NCBI GenBank assembly: GCA_965223905.1
Contig: CBDCXV010000001.1
Span: forward strand, 576,001 to 640,000
Length of the DNA: 64,000 bases
Direction: 5' to 3'
Source of the DNA: Candidatus Latescibacterota bacterium
GTDB lineage: Bacteria > Latescibacterota > UBA2968 > UBA8231
Part shown: positions 46,815 to 59,384 of the stretch, piece by piece
Layout of the letters: every line of letters starts with the position of its first letter
How positions within the stretch are numbered: position 1 is the stretch's first letter
Notes under the pieces: model-generated
Seen by the model: only the letters and a program-made list of their open reading frames with translations
Told to the model about the DNA's origin: nothing
The model's database searches: none
Position numbers and translations under genes: made by a program

Positions 46815-49809
46815 TCGCCTGCCGCCCGGAGGCTGGCCCCTGCGGCATCCGGAAGCGCGCCCCGGCGAGGTCATCGACCGCTCCGGGCAGATCGAGTTCA
46901 CCTTCGACGGGGTGAAGTACCATGCCCATCCAGGGGACACCATCGGCTCGGCGCTGGCCGCGGCTGCGGTGAAGACGCTCAGCCGCTCGTTCAAGTACCA
47001 CCGCCCACGCGGCCTGCTCTGCTGCGCCGGCCACTGTCCGAACTGTCTGGTGCAGATCGCCGGCGAGCCGAACGTGCGCGCCTGCCGGCGGCCGGTCGAG
47101 GCGGGAATGGAGGTGCGCTCCCAGAACGCCTGGCCCTCGCTGGACCGCGATCTCATGTCCCTCGCCGCGCTCGGGGCGCCGTTCATGCCGGCGGGGTTCT
47201 ACTACAAGACCTTCATCAGGCCGGCGTGGATGTGGCCGCTCTACGAGCGGCTGCTGCGCAACGCCGCCGGGCTCGGTACCGTGGACACGGAGGCGGAGCC
47301 CGGAGAGAGCGACAAGCAGTACCTCCACGCCGACGTCGCCGTGGTCGGCGCCGGACCCGCGGGAATCGCCGCGGCTGCGGCCGCCGCGGCGGAGGGGGCG
47401 CGGGTGTTGCTGTTCGACGAGAACCCCGAAGCGGGCGGACACCTGCGCTACCGAAGCGGGGGGGTGCCCGGCGCCGGTGCGGTGCGGACCGCGCTCGCGG
47501 AGCTCGAGCGCGCCGAAAATGCCGCCCTCCACCTCGACACCGCGGTCGTCGGATGGTACCAGGACAACTGGCTGGCGGCGGTCCGGGGAAACCGCCTGCT
47601 GAAGATCCGCTCCCGCGCCATCGTCGCCGCCGCCGGCGCTGTGGAATCCTCCCCGGTTTTTGCCAACAACGATCTGCCGGGCATCCTGCTGGCCGGCGCT
47701 GCGCAGCGGCTGCTGCATCTGCACGGGGTGCTTCCCGGCAGGCGGACCGTCGTCGAGGCGGGCGGCGACGAGGGCTGGCGGCTGGCCGCGGAGCTGCGCG
47801 AGGCCGGCGTCGAGATCGCCGCCCTCGTCGATGAGAGGGAGGCCGTGGCTAACGAGTTCGAGCCGGCCCTGCGCGAAGCGGGGGTCGCCGTTCACCTCGG
47901 CAGCCGGATCGCCGGGGCGCGCGGCCGCGGATCGGTGCAGGCCGCCCTGGTCGGGCCGGCGGCCGCGGGATCGGAGGCCGGGGGGGTTGAAGCAGTCGCC
48001 ACAGGGACAGTCGAAGCAGCCGATCCGGTCGCCGTCGGAGCTGCCCAAAGGGCCGCCGACGGGGCCGCCCCGACGATCGCGGTGCCCTGCGATTCCCTCG
48101 TCGTCAGGGGACGCTTCGCCCCGGCCAACGAGCTGCTGTTCATGGCCGGGGCCCGCGGCCGCTTCGACGACGAGGCGGGGGAGTTTCGCCTCGGAGAGCT
48201 GCCTGCCGGCCTCTTCAACGCCGGCCGCTGCCGCGGGGTCGGGGGCGCCAAAGCCCAGGCCGCGGACGGGGCTGCCGCGGGACGGGCGGCCGCGGCCTTC
48301 GCGCGCTCTCCTGAGGGCGCCGGCTCGTCGCCCTGGCAGGGGTCGGCAACGCCGCCCCCTGCAGCTCCCGGAAAGACTCCGGCCCCGCTTCCGCCCTGCG
48401 CCGGCAAGCGCTTCGTCTGCCTGTGCGAGGACGTCACCGACGAGGACGTCGCCACCGCCATCGCCGAGGGGTACGACAGCGTCGAGCTGCTGAAGCGCTA
48501 CACCACCGTGTCGATGGGCCCCTGCCAGGGGAAGATGTGCGCCCTCAACAGCCTCGAGCAGGCCGGCCGGGAGCTCGGCCGCGCCGTCGGCGACCTCGGC
48601 AGGACGACCTCCCGGCCGCCGGTGGTCCCGGTGTCCCTCGGCGCCCTCGCCGGGCAGCGGATGGAGCCGGTGCAGGTGTCGCCGCTGCACGAGTGGCATC
48701 TCGACAACGGCGCCCGGATGATGGTCGCCGGGCTGTGGCTGCGTCCCGAACAGTACGGAGACCCGGCCGAGGAAGTGCGCGCCGTGCGGGAGCGCGCCGG
48801 CCTGATCGACGTCAGCCCCCTCGGCAAGCTGCAGCTCTCCGGCCCCGGCGTCCCCGGGCTGCTCGACCGGCTCTACGTCAACCAGTGGCGGGACCTGCGC
48901 CGCGGGCGGGTGCGCTACGGCATCATGTGCAACGACGAGGGGGTCGTCATCGACGACGGGGTCTGCGCCCGCCTCTCCGACGAGGAGTGGTACATGAGCA
49001 CGACCTCGGCCGGGGCCGGAAACGTGCTGGAGTGGATCGAGTGGTGGCGCCAGTCCGGGTGGGGAGATGGGGTGCAGGTCGCCGACTTGACCGAAACCAA
49101 CGCCGCCTTCAATCTTGCCGGTCCGCGCTCGCGGGAGCTGCTTTCCCGGCTGACCGAACGCGACCTCCGCAACGACAGATTTCCCTACATGCGGGCGCGC
49201 CGCGCCGAGGTCGCCGGGGTGCCCTGCCTGCTGTTGCGCATCGGCTTCACCGGGGAGCTGTCGTACGAGATTCACTGTCCGGCAGGGTTCGCGCGCTACC
49301 TGTGGGAACGGCTCCTGGAAGAAGGGAAGGAGCTCGGCATCCGGCCCTTCGGCGTCGAGGCCCAGCGCGTCCTGCGCCTCGAAAAGGGACACCTCATCGT
49401 CGGCCAGGACACCGACGCGCTGTCGGACCCGATCGCCGCGGACGCCGGCTGGGCGGTCAAGCTGGAGAAGCCGGATTTCCTCGGGAAGCGGGCCCTGGCG
49501 CGGGTCGCCGCCGAGGGACCGCGGCAGCGGCTCACCGGCTTGGTGATGAAGGAGCGCAACCCCGTGCCGGAAGAAGGGATGCAGATCGTCGAGAGCAACG
49601 GCCGCGGCAGGCCGGAGATCATCGGCTGGGTGACCTCCTGCCGCGTCAGCCCCACCCTCGGGGACACCATCGGCCTCTGCTGGCTGCCGGCCGCGGTCGC
49701 CGCCCGCGAGGGGGAGACGTTCCGCATCGACTGCGGCGGCAGGCTGGCCGAAGCCCGCGTCCACCACGGCCCCTTCTACGACCCGGCCGGCGAGCGTCTG
49801 AGGAGCTGA
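46807..49809 (+). CDS. soxA: Sarcosine oxidase alpha / MgdC subunit
   Basis: RSFKYHRPRG, VGAGPAG, CLCEDV..KRYT..MGPCQG, GcvT-like folate domain (DVSPLGK, GFTGELSYE, LRLEKG). Confidence 0.9.
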   Translation: MADRLPPGGWPLRHPEARPGEVIDRSGQIEFTFDGVKYHAHPGDTIGSALAAAAVKTLSRSFKYHRPRGLLCCAGHCPNCLVQIAGEPNVRACRRPVEAGMEVRSQNAWPSLDRDLMSLAALGAPFMPAGFYYKTFIRPAWMWPLYERLLRNAAGLGTVDTEAEPGESDKQYLHADVAVVGAGPAGIAAAAAAAAEGARVLLFDENPEAGGHLRYRSGGVPGAGAVRTALAELERAENAALHLDTAVVGWYQDNWLAAVRGNRLLKIRSRAIVAAAGAVESSPVFANNDLPGILLAGAAQRLLHLHGVLPGRRTVVEAGGDEGWRLAAELREAGVEIAALVDEREAVANEFEPALREAGVAVHLGSRIAGARGRGSVQAALVGPAAAGSEAGGVEAVATGTVEAADPVAVGAAQRAADGAAPTIAVPCDSLVVRGRFAPANELLFMAGARGRFDDEAGEFRLGELPAGLFNAGRCRGVGGAKAQAADGAAAGRAAAAFARSPEGAGSSPWQGSATPPPAAPGKTPAPLPPCAGKRFVCLCEDVTDEDVATAIAEGYDSVELLKRYTTVSMGPCQGKMCALNSLEQAGRELGRAVGDLGRTTSRPPVVPVSLGALAGQRMEPVQVSPLHEWHLDNGARMMVAGLWLRPEQYGDPAEEVRAVRERAGLIDVSPLGKLQLSGPGVPGLLDRLYVNQWRDLRRGRVRYGIMCNDEGVVIDDGVCARLSDEEWYMSTTSAGAGNVLEWIEWWRQSGWGDGVQVADLTETNAAFNLAGPRSRELLSRLTERDLRNDRFPYMRARRAEVAGVPCLLLRIGFTGELSYEIHCPAGFARYLWERLLEEGKELGIRPFGVEAQRVLRLEKGHLIVGQDTDALSDPIAADAGWAVKLEKPDFLGKRALARVAAEGPRQRLTGLVMKERNPVPEEGMQIVESNGRGRPEIIGWVTSCRVSPTLGDTIGLCWLPAAVAAREGETFRIDCGGRLAEARVHHGPFYDPAGERLRS

Positions 49810-49811
49810 CC

Positions 49812-50504
49812 ATGGCCGCAACCGCCCTTTCACCCCTGCATTTCCGCCTGCAGTCGCTCGACGCGGTGTTTGCGGACCGCGACGGCTGGCAGGTAGCGGA
49901 GCGCTTCCCGGAAGCCGGACCGGATGCGGCCGCCCGGGGGGTGGCGATCGCCGACGAGTCGGCCAACGGCAAGCTCCAGGTTCAGGGTGAGGACGCCGAA
50001 GGGTTGGTTCGCAGCGCCTTTGCGACCCCGTCCCTCGCGGTTGGGAAAAGCGCCTCCGTCGAGGCCTTGGGGCCGGGCCGCGTCTGCCGCCTGCGCCGCG
50101 ACCTGTTCTTCATCGGCACCGCGCCGTCGGCGGTCTCTGCGTCGCTGGACCGCCTGCGCCTGGAACCGCAGACCGCGCAAAAACCAGGGGCCGCGGTGAC
50201 CGACCTCACCCACGGGCGCAGCGAGCTGCGCCTGGTGGGACCGGCCGCCCCGGAGCTGTTGTCCAAGGTCTGCGGGCTCGACTTCGACCCGCGGCGCTTC
50301 CTCGACGGCGACGCCCGCCAGAGCAGCGTCGCCAAAACGAGGCAGCTGATCGTTCGCGGCGACGTCGGCGGCCTGCCCTCGTACTCCCTGATCGGCGGCA
50401 GGTCCCTCGGTGCCTACCTCTGGGACACGCTGATGCAGGCGGGGGCGGAGTTCGCGATGGCGCCGCTCGGACTGCGGGACTTGCAGGCGCTGAGCCCGCT
50501 TTGA
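49812..50504 (+). CDS. soxG: Sarcosine oxidase gamma / MgdD-like subunit
   Basis: GcvT-like fragment (TDLTHG..L.GP.A.ELLSKVCGLD, RSLGAYLWDTL); operon position. Confidence 0.8.
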   Translation: MAATALSPLHFRLQSLDAVFADRDGWQVAERFPEAGPDAAARGVAIADESANGKLQVQGEDAEGLVRSAFATPSLAVGKSASVEALGPGRVCRLRRDLFFIGTAPSAVSASLDRLRLEPQTAQKPGAAVTDLTHGRSELRLVGPAAPELLSKVCGLDFDPRRFLDGDARQSSVAKTRQLIVRGDVGGLPSYSLIGGRSLGAYLWDTLMQAGAEFAMAPLGLRDLQALSPL

Positions 50505-50617
50505 CCGGCGAGGTCCTGGATGCGGGACAAGGGGGGCCTCGGCGCAAATGGACTGTGCCGCGGGAACCTGGAGACGCACAAGTTGAAATCATCAAAAAAC
50601 AAACATGGGAGATCGTC

Positions 50618-51952
50618 ATGACCGTTGATGAAGTGCGCGCACTGACAGCCGACAAGGGGATCGAGTTCTTCCTCTGTTCCTTCGTCGAGATGGGCGGAGC
50701 CCCCAAGGCGAAGCTCGTGCCGGTTACCAACCTCGACGAGATGGCCTCGGAAGGGGCCGGGTTCGCCGGCTTCGCGGTCGGCAACATGAACCAGGGCCCG
50801 CACAGCCCGGAGATGGCCAACATCCCAGACTTCGACTCGCTGACCGTCCTGCCCTGGCGCCGGGAGATGGCCTGGGTCCCCGGCAACGTCCAGGTCGAAG
50901 GGGAGCCGTACGACTACTGCCCGCGCACGATTCTCCAGCGCCAGCTCGAGCGCGCCCGCGAGCGCGGGCTGCTGTTCAACGTCGGCGTCGAGGCGGAGTT
51001 CCTGCTGCTGGCGCGGGACGAGGACGGCACCTGCCGCCCGTACGATCCCCTCGACGTGCTCGACAAGCCCTGCTACGACCTGGTCACCCTGAACCGCAAC
51101 TTCGACTTCATGACCACCCTGATCCGCCACCTGCAGGAGCTGGGCTGGGGGCCGTACGCCAACGACCACGAGGACGCCAACTGCCAGTTCGAGATCAACT
51201 GGCACTACGCGACGGCGATGGAGACGGCCGACCGCCACACCTTCTACCGCTGGATGGTCAAGGTGCTCGCCGAGGAACAGGGGTTGCTGGCGACCTTCAT
51301 GCCCAAGCCCTTCTCCCACCTGACCGGCTCGGGCGCCCACTACCACATGAGCCTCTGGGACCTCGACAACAGCACCAACCTGTTCGAGGACCTCGACGAC
51401 CCGGCCGGCCTGTCGCAGATGGCCTACCACTTCATGGGCGGCATCCTCGCCCATGCCCGCGCCCTGGCCGCGGTCGGCGCTCCCCTGGTCAACAGCTACA
51501 AGCGGCTGGTGCGCAACCGCCCGCGCTCGGGCGCCTCCTGGGCCCCGGTCTACGTCACCTACGGCGGCTCCAACCGCACCCAGATGATCCGCATCCCGGG
51601 ACCGGGGCGCATCGAGAACCGCTCCGTAGACGGTGCCGCCAACCCCTACCTCGCCTGCGCCGCGATGCTGGCGGCCGGGCTCGACGGCATCGACAACAAA
51701 ACCGACCCGGGGGAGCGCAACGAAGACAACCTCTACGAGGTTCCGGAGGAAGAGTTGCGGGAACGGGGCATCGATTTCCTGCCGGGGACACTGAGCGAGG
51801 CCTGCGACTGCCTCGAGCAGGACGACCTCGTCAGGCAGGCGCTCGGCACCGACTACGCCGACTACTACATCGAGTGCAAGCGGGAGGAGTGGCGGGAGTA
51901 CCACGACTTCGTCAGCCAGTGGGAGCGCGACCGCTACCTGCCGGTGCACTGA
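50618..51952 (+). CDS. gmaS: Type III glutamate-ammonia ligase (GlnT), probable gamma-glutamylmethylamide synthetase
   Basis: [54 protein letters not shown]; follows the mgd/sox cluster. Confidence 0.75.
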   Translation: MTVDEVRALTADKGIEFFLCSFVEMGGAPKAKLVPVTNLDEMASEGAGFAGFAVGNMNQGPHSPEMANIPDFDSLTVLPWRREMAWVPGNVQVEGEPYDYCPRTILQRQLERARERGLLFNVGVEAEFLLLARDEDGTCRPYDPLDVLDKPCYDLVTLNRNFDFMTTLIRHLQELGWGPYANDHEDANCQFEINWHYATAMETADRHTFYRWMVKVLAEEQGLLATFMPKPFSHLTGSGAHYHMSLWDLDNSTNLFEDLDDPAGLSQMAYHFMGGILAHARALAAVGAPLVNSYKRLVRNRPRSGASWAPVYVTYGGSNRTQMIRIPGPGRIENRSVDGAANPYLACAAMLAAGLDGIDNKTDPGERNEDNLYEVPEEELRERGIDFLPGTLSEACDCLEQDDLVRQALGTDYADYYIECKREEWREYHDFVSQWERDRYLPVH

Positions 51953-52008
51953 AGCGGCCGGCGGTCGATGGCGTTTCTGCGGCTTCGGCCGCGACAAGGA
52001 GGACCATC

Positions 52009-54693
<2,685 letters not shown>

Positions 54694-54764
54694 TCCCCCG
54701 GCAACCGCCTTTGCCGTAACCGGCCCGGGGTTCGCCCACTCCCCATGTCGGGAAGGAGTACCCC

Positions 54765-55835
54765 ATGCAGCGGGAAGGACCAGAAAAAGCAGAGTCGCTG
54801 TATCGCGGCCTGTTCGAAGCATCGCACGACGCCCTTCTCATCACCGAGCGGGACGGGACCATCGTCGCGGCCAACGCCGCGGCCGCCCTCCTGTTCGGCT
54901 ATGACCGTGACGAGCTGACCGGCCTCGACATCCGCAGACTCTACCTGAATCCCGACGACCGCGCGCGCTTCCAGGAAGCGATCGAGCGGGCCGGGTTCGT
55001 GCGCGACTTCGAGGTCGCCTTCCGCGCCCGCGACGGCCGCCGCCTCGACTGCCTGTTGACGACTGCGGTCCGGCGAGGTGCGGACGGCACCGTAACCGGC
55101 TACCAGGGCATCATCCACGACGTCACCGAACGCCGGCGCATGGAGAAGCGGCTGCGCGATTACCAACGCAGGTTGCGCTCGCTCACGCTCGAGCTCTCCA
55201 TGAACCAGGAGCGCGAGCGGGCGCGGATCGCCACCGATCTCCACGACGGCGTCCTGCAGCTGGTGGTTGCGGCGCAACTGAAGCTCCAAGCGCTGCAGCG
55301 CAAAGGCGGCAGCGACGAAGCCCTGGTCGCCGGCCTGCGCGCCCTGTTCGATCAGATGGCTCACGACCTCCGCTCCATGACCTTCGACCTGAGCCCCCCG
55401 GTGCTCCGCAGGCTCGGGCTGGTACCCGGGCTGCAGTGGCTCGGCGAACAGATCGAGGACCTGCACGGGCTGGCGGTGGACCTGGCGACCGAAGGGGACT
55501 GCGCAGTGCCCGATTCCGACATGCGCGCCCTTGCGTTCCGGTGCGTCCGCGAGCTGCTCCTCAATGTGGCGAGGCACGCCGGCACGGACCGGGCGCGCGT
55601 CTCCCTGCGTGGCGATGAGACGCATCTGCAGGTGGCGGTAGAGGATGAGGGGGAGGGCTTCGACAGCGGACAGATCGATTTCGCCGCCGGCAGCCACTTC
55701 GGCCTGTTCAACATCCGGGAACGGGTAATCCTTGTCGGCGGCCGTTTCGAAATCGAGTCGGCGCCGGGGAAAGGGACGCGCTGTCTGCTGGCGATCCCGT
55801 TCTCTCCGGCCGGGCAGGAGGACGGTTTTCAATGA
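54765..55835 (+). CDS. PAS-domain sensor histidine kinase (HisKA_3/NarX-like, cytoplasmic)
   Basis: PAS with DVTERR, ERARIATDLHD, ELLLNVARHA, DEGEGFD, GLFNIRER. Confidence 0.92.
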   Translation: MQREGPEKAESLYRGLFEASHDALLITERDGTIVAANAAAALLFGYDRDELTGLDIRRLYLNPDDRARFQEAIERAGFVRDFEVAFRARDGRRLDCLLTTAVRRGADGTVTGYQGIIHDVTERRRMEKRLRDYQRRLRSLTLELSMNQERERARIATDLHDGVLQLVVAAQLKLQALQRKGGSDEALVAGLRALFDQMAHDLRSMTFDLSPPVLRRLGLVPGLQWLGEQIEDLHGLAVDLATEGDCAVPDSDMRALAFRCVRELLLNVARHAGTDRARVSLRGDETHLQVAVEDEGEGFDSGQIDFAAGSHFGLFNIRERVILVGGRFEIESAPGKGTRCLLAIPFSPAGQEDGFQ

Positions 55836-56479
55836 CTGCGAAAGTTCTGCTGGTCGACGATCACAAGATCGTGCGCGAAGGGCTGCGCGCGCTGCTCGAA
55901 GAAGAAAGCGACATCGAGGTGGTGGGCGAGGCCGGGGACGGCCGCGAGGCCATCGACCTGGTCTCAGAGCGCCGGCCCGAGGTCGTGGTCATGGACATCA
56001 GCATGCCCGGGATGGACGGCGTCGAGGCGACGCGCCGGATACGGAAGATGAACCCGAGGGTGAAGGTAGTGGCCCTGTCGATACACGCCGAAAAACAGTT
56101 CGTGGCCGGCATGCTGCGGGCGGGGGCCTCGGGTTACCTAGTAAAAACGGAGGCCGCCGGCGACCTGGTGGAGGCGATCCGGACGGTACTGGCAGGGGGC
56201 CAGTACGTGAGCCCGCAGCTGGTTGACCCCAACGTCGAGAATTACATGCAGCAGCTCATCGACGAAGGAGAGCAGCCCATACTGACTCCGCGCGAACGAG
56301 AGGTTCTCAGGCTCATCGCCGAAGGGAAGACGAACCGCCAAATAGCCGATGAACTGTACGTGAGCGAGAAAACCGTCGGAAACCATCGCCAGCATATCAT
56401 GGATAAGCTCGACCTGCACAACACGGCCGACCTCACCCGGTACGCCATCAAAGAGGGAATTTCGTTTCTCGATTCGTGA
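55832..56479 (+). CDS. NarL/LuxR-family response regulator
   Basis: LVDDHKIVREG, MDISMP, LTPREREVL..IAEG..N..IA.EL.VSEKTV..H. Confidence 0.95.
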   Translation: MTAKVLLVDDHKIVREGLRALLEEESDIEVVGEAGDGREAIDLVSERRPEVVVMDISMPGMDGVEATRRIRKMNPRVKVVALSIHAEKQFVAGMLRAGASGYLVKTEAAGDLVEAIRTVLAGGQYVSPQLVDPNVENYMQQLIDEGEQPILTPREREVLRLIAEGKTNRQIADELYVSEKTVGNHRQHIMDKLDLHNTADLTRYAIKEGISFLDS

Positions 56480-56523
56480 GTCCCGCAGCCAAGGTCACTT
56501 TCTACGGGAGCCAAAAACAAAAA

Positions 56524-56588
56524 GTCTTCGGAACCCCGACAAATGAGGAGTTCACCCTATAGGATAGCCCTGGATCGCTGGCTACCTT
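56524..56588 (+). promoter_or_regulatory. Putative NarL-type activator sites and -10 element for the secreted-protein operon
   Basis: Imperfect inverted repeats GTCTTCGGAACCCCGAC and TGAGGAGTTCACCCTAT, then TACCTT at 56583. Confidence 0.4.
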
Positions 56589-56612
56589 GGGTAGCGAAAG
56601 GATACTTGGGGT

Positions 56613-57185
56613 TTGAAATACTTCGCACTCACACCAGTACTCAGAATGGTCGCGGCCATTGCGGTAGGAACGACCGCAGGCTATGGAATGTTAAACCTGC
56701 ATAAAGCTCCCCCGGTCAAGGAAGCTCCCTTGGTCGAGAAAATGGAGTTTGGAGAACCAGACGACGGGCTTCGCCAACTGGTGGGCCAGGATTTGGCTCC
56801 GTACTGGGGGGACGAGACGGCTGGCGTAAGCTTTCAGGAAGTTCGTGATGGCGTTCTTCTGTTCGTCGATCCGTCATGTAGTGCGTGCGATCAGGTTTTC
56901 TCAACGGCTCTTCAAGTTCGGGAGCAGTTTCCGGTAATGCTTGCCGTCGATCACCCGCCGACGGCGGAACTGGAAAGCTACCGCGCCTATTTTGGGGCCG
57001 GCGACCTGCCGGTGATGCACGAGACCGTGGAACTGCGCCGGGCGCTTCCGGTCGACTACTGGCCGACCGCTGTCCTGGTCCGGGACGGCCGGGTGACGGC
57101 GGCAGGTGACGGTAGCGCCAAGGTCAACCAGATACTCACCGAAGCTCTGCGCGATTCGGGCTTGTCCCATATACCCTTTCAATAA
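56613..57185 (+). CDS. Membrane-anchored thioredoxin-fold (CxxC) protein, TlpA/MauD-like
   Basis: N-terminal hydrophobic anchor, LLFVDPSCSAC, cis-Pro motif YWPTAVLVRDGRV. Confidence 0.75.
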   Translation: MKYFALTPVLRMVAAIAVGTTAGYGMLNLHKAPPVKEAPLVEKMEFGEPDDGLRQLVGQDLAPYWGDETAGVSFQEVRDGVLLFVDPSCSACDQVFSTALQVREQFPVMLAVDHPPTAELESYRAYFGAGDLPVMHETVELRRALPVDYWPTAVLVRDGRVTAAGDGSAKVNQILTEALRDSGLSHIPFQ

Positions 57186-57196
57186 AGGAGGAAGTC

Positions 57197-57592
57197 ATGA
57201 TCCGTATCATAATGAGCATTCGGCCATCGGAGTTGATCGTCGCCCTGCTCGTGGCAAGTGGTGTGGTCGTCTTCGGTTCCGTGGAGGATGCGAGGGCCGA
57301 TTACTCCATCTCTGAGGTGTGCGCCAGTCTCGAGTTGTATGAGCAATCGGGATGGTTCTGCGAAGAGAACGCAGAATGCAGGTCTGAAACACAGTGTATA
57401 CGAGTGTTTACCGACCAGGACGAATACTATGAACAGGAATGGAGGTTCTGGAAAACTCGGCAAATCAGGATCATGAAGCTTCCACCCACCGGTACCCCTT
57501 GCTCCGTCATAAACAGCCGGTGTCCTGCCTTTCATACCTCGACAGATTGCGGTGGTGCTTCGGGGTATTATGAAATACTCGGACCCTGTTAG
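57197..57592 (+). CDS. Small secreted cysteine-rich protein (8 Cys)
   Basis: Strong SD AAGGAGG, signal peptide ending ARA, 8 Cys in the mature part including the last residue. Confidence 0.75.
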   Translation: MIRIIMSIRPSELIVALLVASGVVVFGSVEDARADYSISEVCASLELYEQSGWFCEENAECRSETQCIRVFTDQDEYYEQEWRFWKTRQIRIMKLPPTGTPCSVINSRCPAFHTSTDCGGASGYYEILGPC

Positions 57593-57700
57593 TCAGGAGC
57601 TACCGATCCCGGCTCAATAGCCGGGGATTCAAGGATGTTCCGGCGTACATGATGTGTCGCTGACCTGACCGCAAACCTATTTGCCCCGAAGGAGGTTCTC

Positions 57701-58402
57701 ATGCAGAAAATCTTAATCTTGTCATCCATCTTGTTTCTGGGCCTTTTCGGTCTTCCGCTCTCCGCTTTGGAAGAGAACTTTGACGGAGCATGGGAGTACA
57801 GCGGTGTTGTTGAGAATGCAGAGGGAACAGTCTCCTGGAACTCCCGGTTGGACTTCCAAGGCGGAACCTTTGAGCTCAACTACCTCACCGAGCTGGATTT
57901 TGATTTGCACCCGGAATGGACAGTCGATGACAAGGGACTCCTGGAAATGCTTGAAGAAAGTTGGCCCCCATTGAACACCATATCCCTCCAAGGCAACGGT
58001 ACGTACGCGGTCGATGGCGACAGTCTTTGGATGTATTTCGACGAAGTCGACTGGCGTTACAACGAAGACTCGATTATCGAGTTTTACGCGAAGTTCATCG
58101 GCAATTTGGCCTATGGCTCAGATGAATTGACCGTTGAGGAAATACGGGAGTTGGAGCGGGAGTCGGGCAACGAGGTTCTGGTTCTTTTTGAACAAGAGAA
58201 TCTCCTCGAAATCCTCAACGAGTACTACAGGTACGCCTATACTGTTGAGGGCGAAACTCTGTTCCTTTCAGTCAATGATAGTGAAAAGCTTTTTCTCAAG
58301 AATCCAGCGAGGGCGAAATCGTTGGAATACCACCGCATCGAGCCCGCCACCGCAGTTACCCGGACCACTTGGGGCGACTTGAAAGCAACCTTTGCGCCGT
58401 GA
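57701..58402 (+). CDS. Secreted acidic protein (lipocalin-like fold suspected) with a TAV..TTWGxLK tail
   Basis: SD AAGGAGG, signal peptide, FDGAW / GTYAVDGDSL, ends ATAVTRTTWGDLKATFAP. Confidence 0.8.
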   Translation: MQKILILSSILFLGLFGLPLSALEENFDGAWEYSGVVENAEGTVSWNSRLDFQGGTFELNYLTELDFDLHPEWTVDDKGLLEMLEESWPPLNTISLQGNGTYAVDGDSLWMYFDEVDWRYNEDSIIEFYAKFIGNLAYGSDELTVEEIRELERESGNEVLVLFEQENLLEILNEYYRYAYTVEGETLFLSVNDSEKLFLKNPARAKSLEYHRIEPATAVTRTTWGDLKATFAP

Positions 58403-58449
58403 GTGTCCGCCTCGATTCCCTGTTCGGGACCCCGAATAAGGAGATTCCC

Positions 58450-59265
58450 ATGCACCGGAAAATACTGTCCTCCATCTTGCCCCTCGGCTTGCTTGCAGTT
58501 CCTCTCTCCGCTCTGGAAGACCCTCTCGTCGGCACGTGGGGGTCGAGCATTGTTGAGCAGGGACTTTCCGGGACCGCTCGCCTCACCTTCCAGGCGGACG
58601 GCACCTTTCATCTCAGCCACGTCGGAAAGACGGAAGATGGGTACTGGAGGGTACCGGATGTATTTGAGGAAGATGAGGACCTCTCCGCTGAAGAGGCCGA
58701 GGCCCTGAACGAGATCTTCAGGAAAGCGTGGCCCGAAATCCCGCTGGAGACGGCCTCCTTCCTCGGCTCCGGCACGTACGCCACCGCCGGCGACAGCCTC
58801 TGGTTGGAATGGGCCGATGTCGACATGTCGTATGACGACAGGGATTTTACCGAGTTCTACATCGAGTTCTGGGTCCAATTCACCCTCAACTGGGAAGCCC
58901 TGCACCGTGCTGCAGAGGGACGCGATTTCCCCGAAGAGGAGTATTCGGCGCTCGAGCAGGAGCTTGAGCAGAAGTATGCCGCCGAGCTTCCAGCCGTACT
59001 CAATTCGGAGGCCCTCCTCGCTGCACTGAACCAAGTCCCGCCCGGTATTTACGCTATTGAAGGTGAAGGGGGGACCTTGTTCCTTGAAGGCCCGTTCCAT
59101 GACGCCGGTCCATGGTTCCTTGAAGGCCAAACCCTTCTTGACGGCGAGACTATTGCCCTCAAGAGCGGCACGAGTGCGAAACCGTTGGAATACCACCGAA
59201 TCGGTCCAGCGACTGCTGTCACCCGGACCACCTGGGGCGGCCTGAAAGCAACTATGGCGCCGTGA
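58450..59265 (+). CDS. Paralogous secreted acidic protein with a TAV..TTWGxLK tail
   Basis: SD AAGGAG, signal peptide, LVGTW / GTYATAGDSL, ends ATAVTRTTWGGLKATMAP. Confidence 0.8.
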   Translation: MHRKILSSILPLGLLAVPLSALEDPLVGTWGSSIVEQGLSGTARLTFQADGTFHLSHVGKTEDGYWRVPDVFEEDEDLSAEEAEALNEIFRKAWPEIPLETASFLGSGTYATAGDSLWLEWADVDMSYDDRDFTEFYIEFWVQFTLNWEALHRAAEGRDFPEEEYSALEQELEQKYAAELPAVLNSEALLAALNQVPPGIYAIEGEGGTLFLEGPFHDAGPWFLEGQTLLDGETIALKSGTSAKPLEYHRIGPATAVTRTTWGGLKATMAP

Positions 59266-59300
59266 GTATGCGCTCTGGCAGAGACCCGACGCATGTAGTG

Positions 59301-59338
59301 AGGGGCCGGTCACCTGGGCGACCGGCCCCTGTTTTTTT
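59301..59338 (+). terminator. Intrinsic terminator
   Basis: AGGGGCCGGTC-loop-GACCGGCCCCT followed by GTTTTTTT. Confidence 0.88.
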
Positions 59339-59384
59339 GGGGGCCCACTCCAGGCTCGAATTCACCGGCAAAGGGATAAACGAA

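Noticed and set aside
47950-48085. Ala/Gly-rich insertion in soxA/mgdC as an intein or mobile insert
   Set aside because: Short, in frame, low complexity and without splicing motifs; probably a linker expansion.
57197-57592. Methylamine dehydrogenase small subunit MauA next to a MauD-like gene
   Set aside because: No twin-arginine signal, only 8 Cys, no recognisable TTQ-region motif, and no mauB/E/G.
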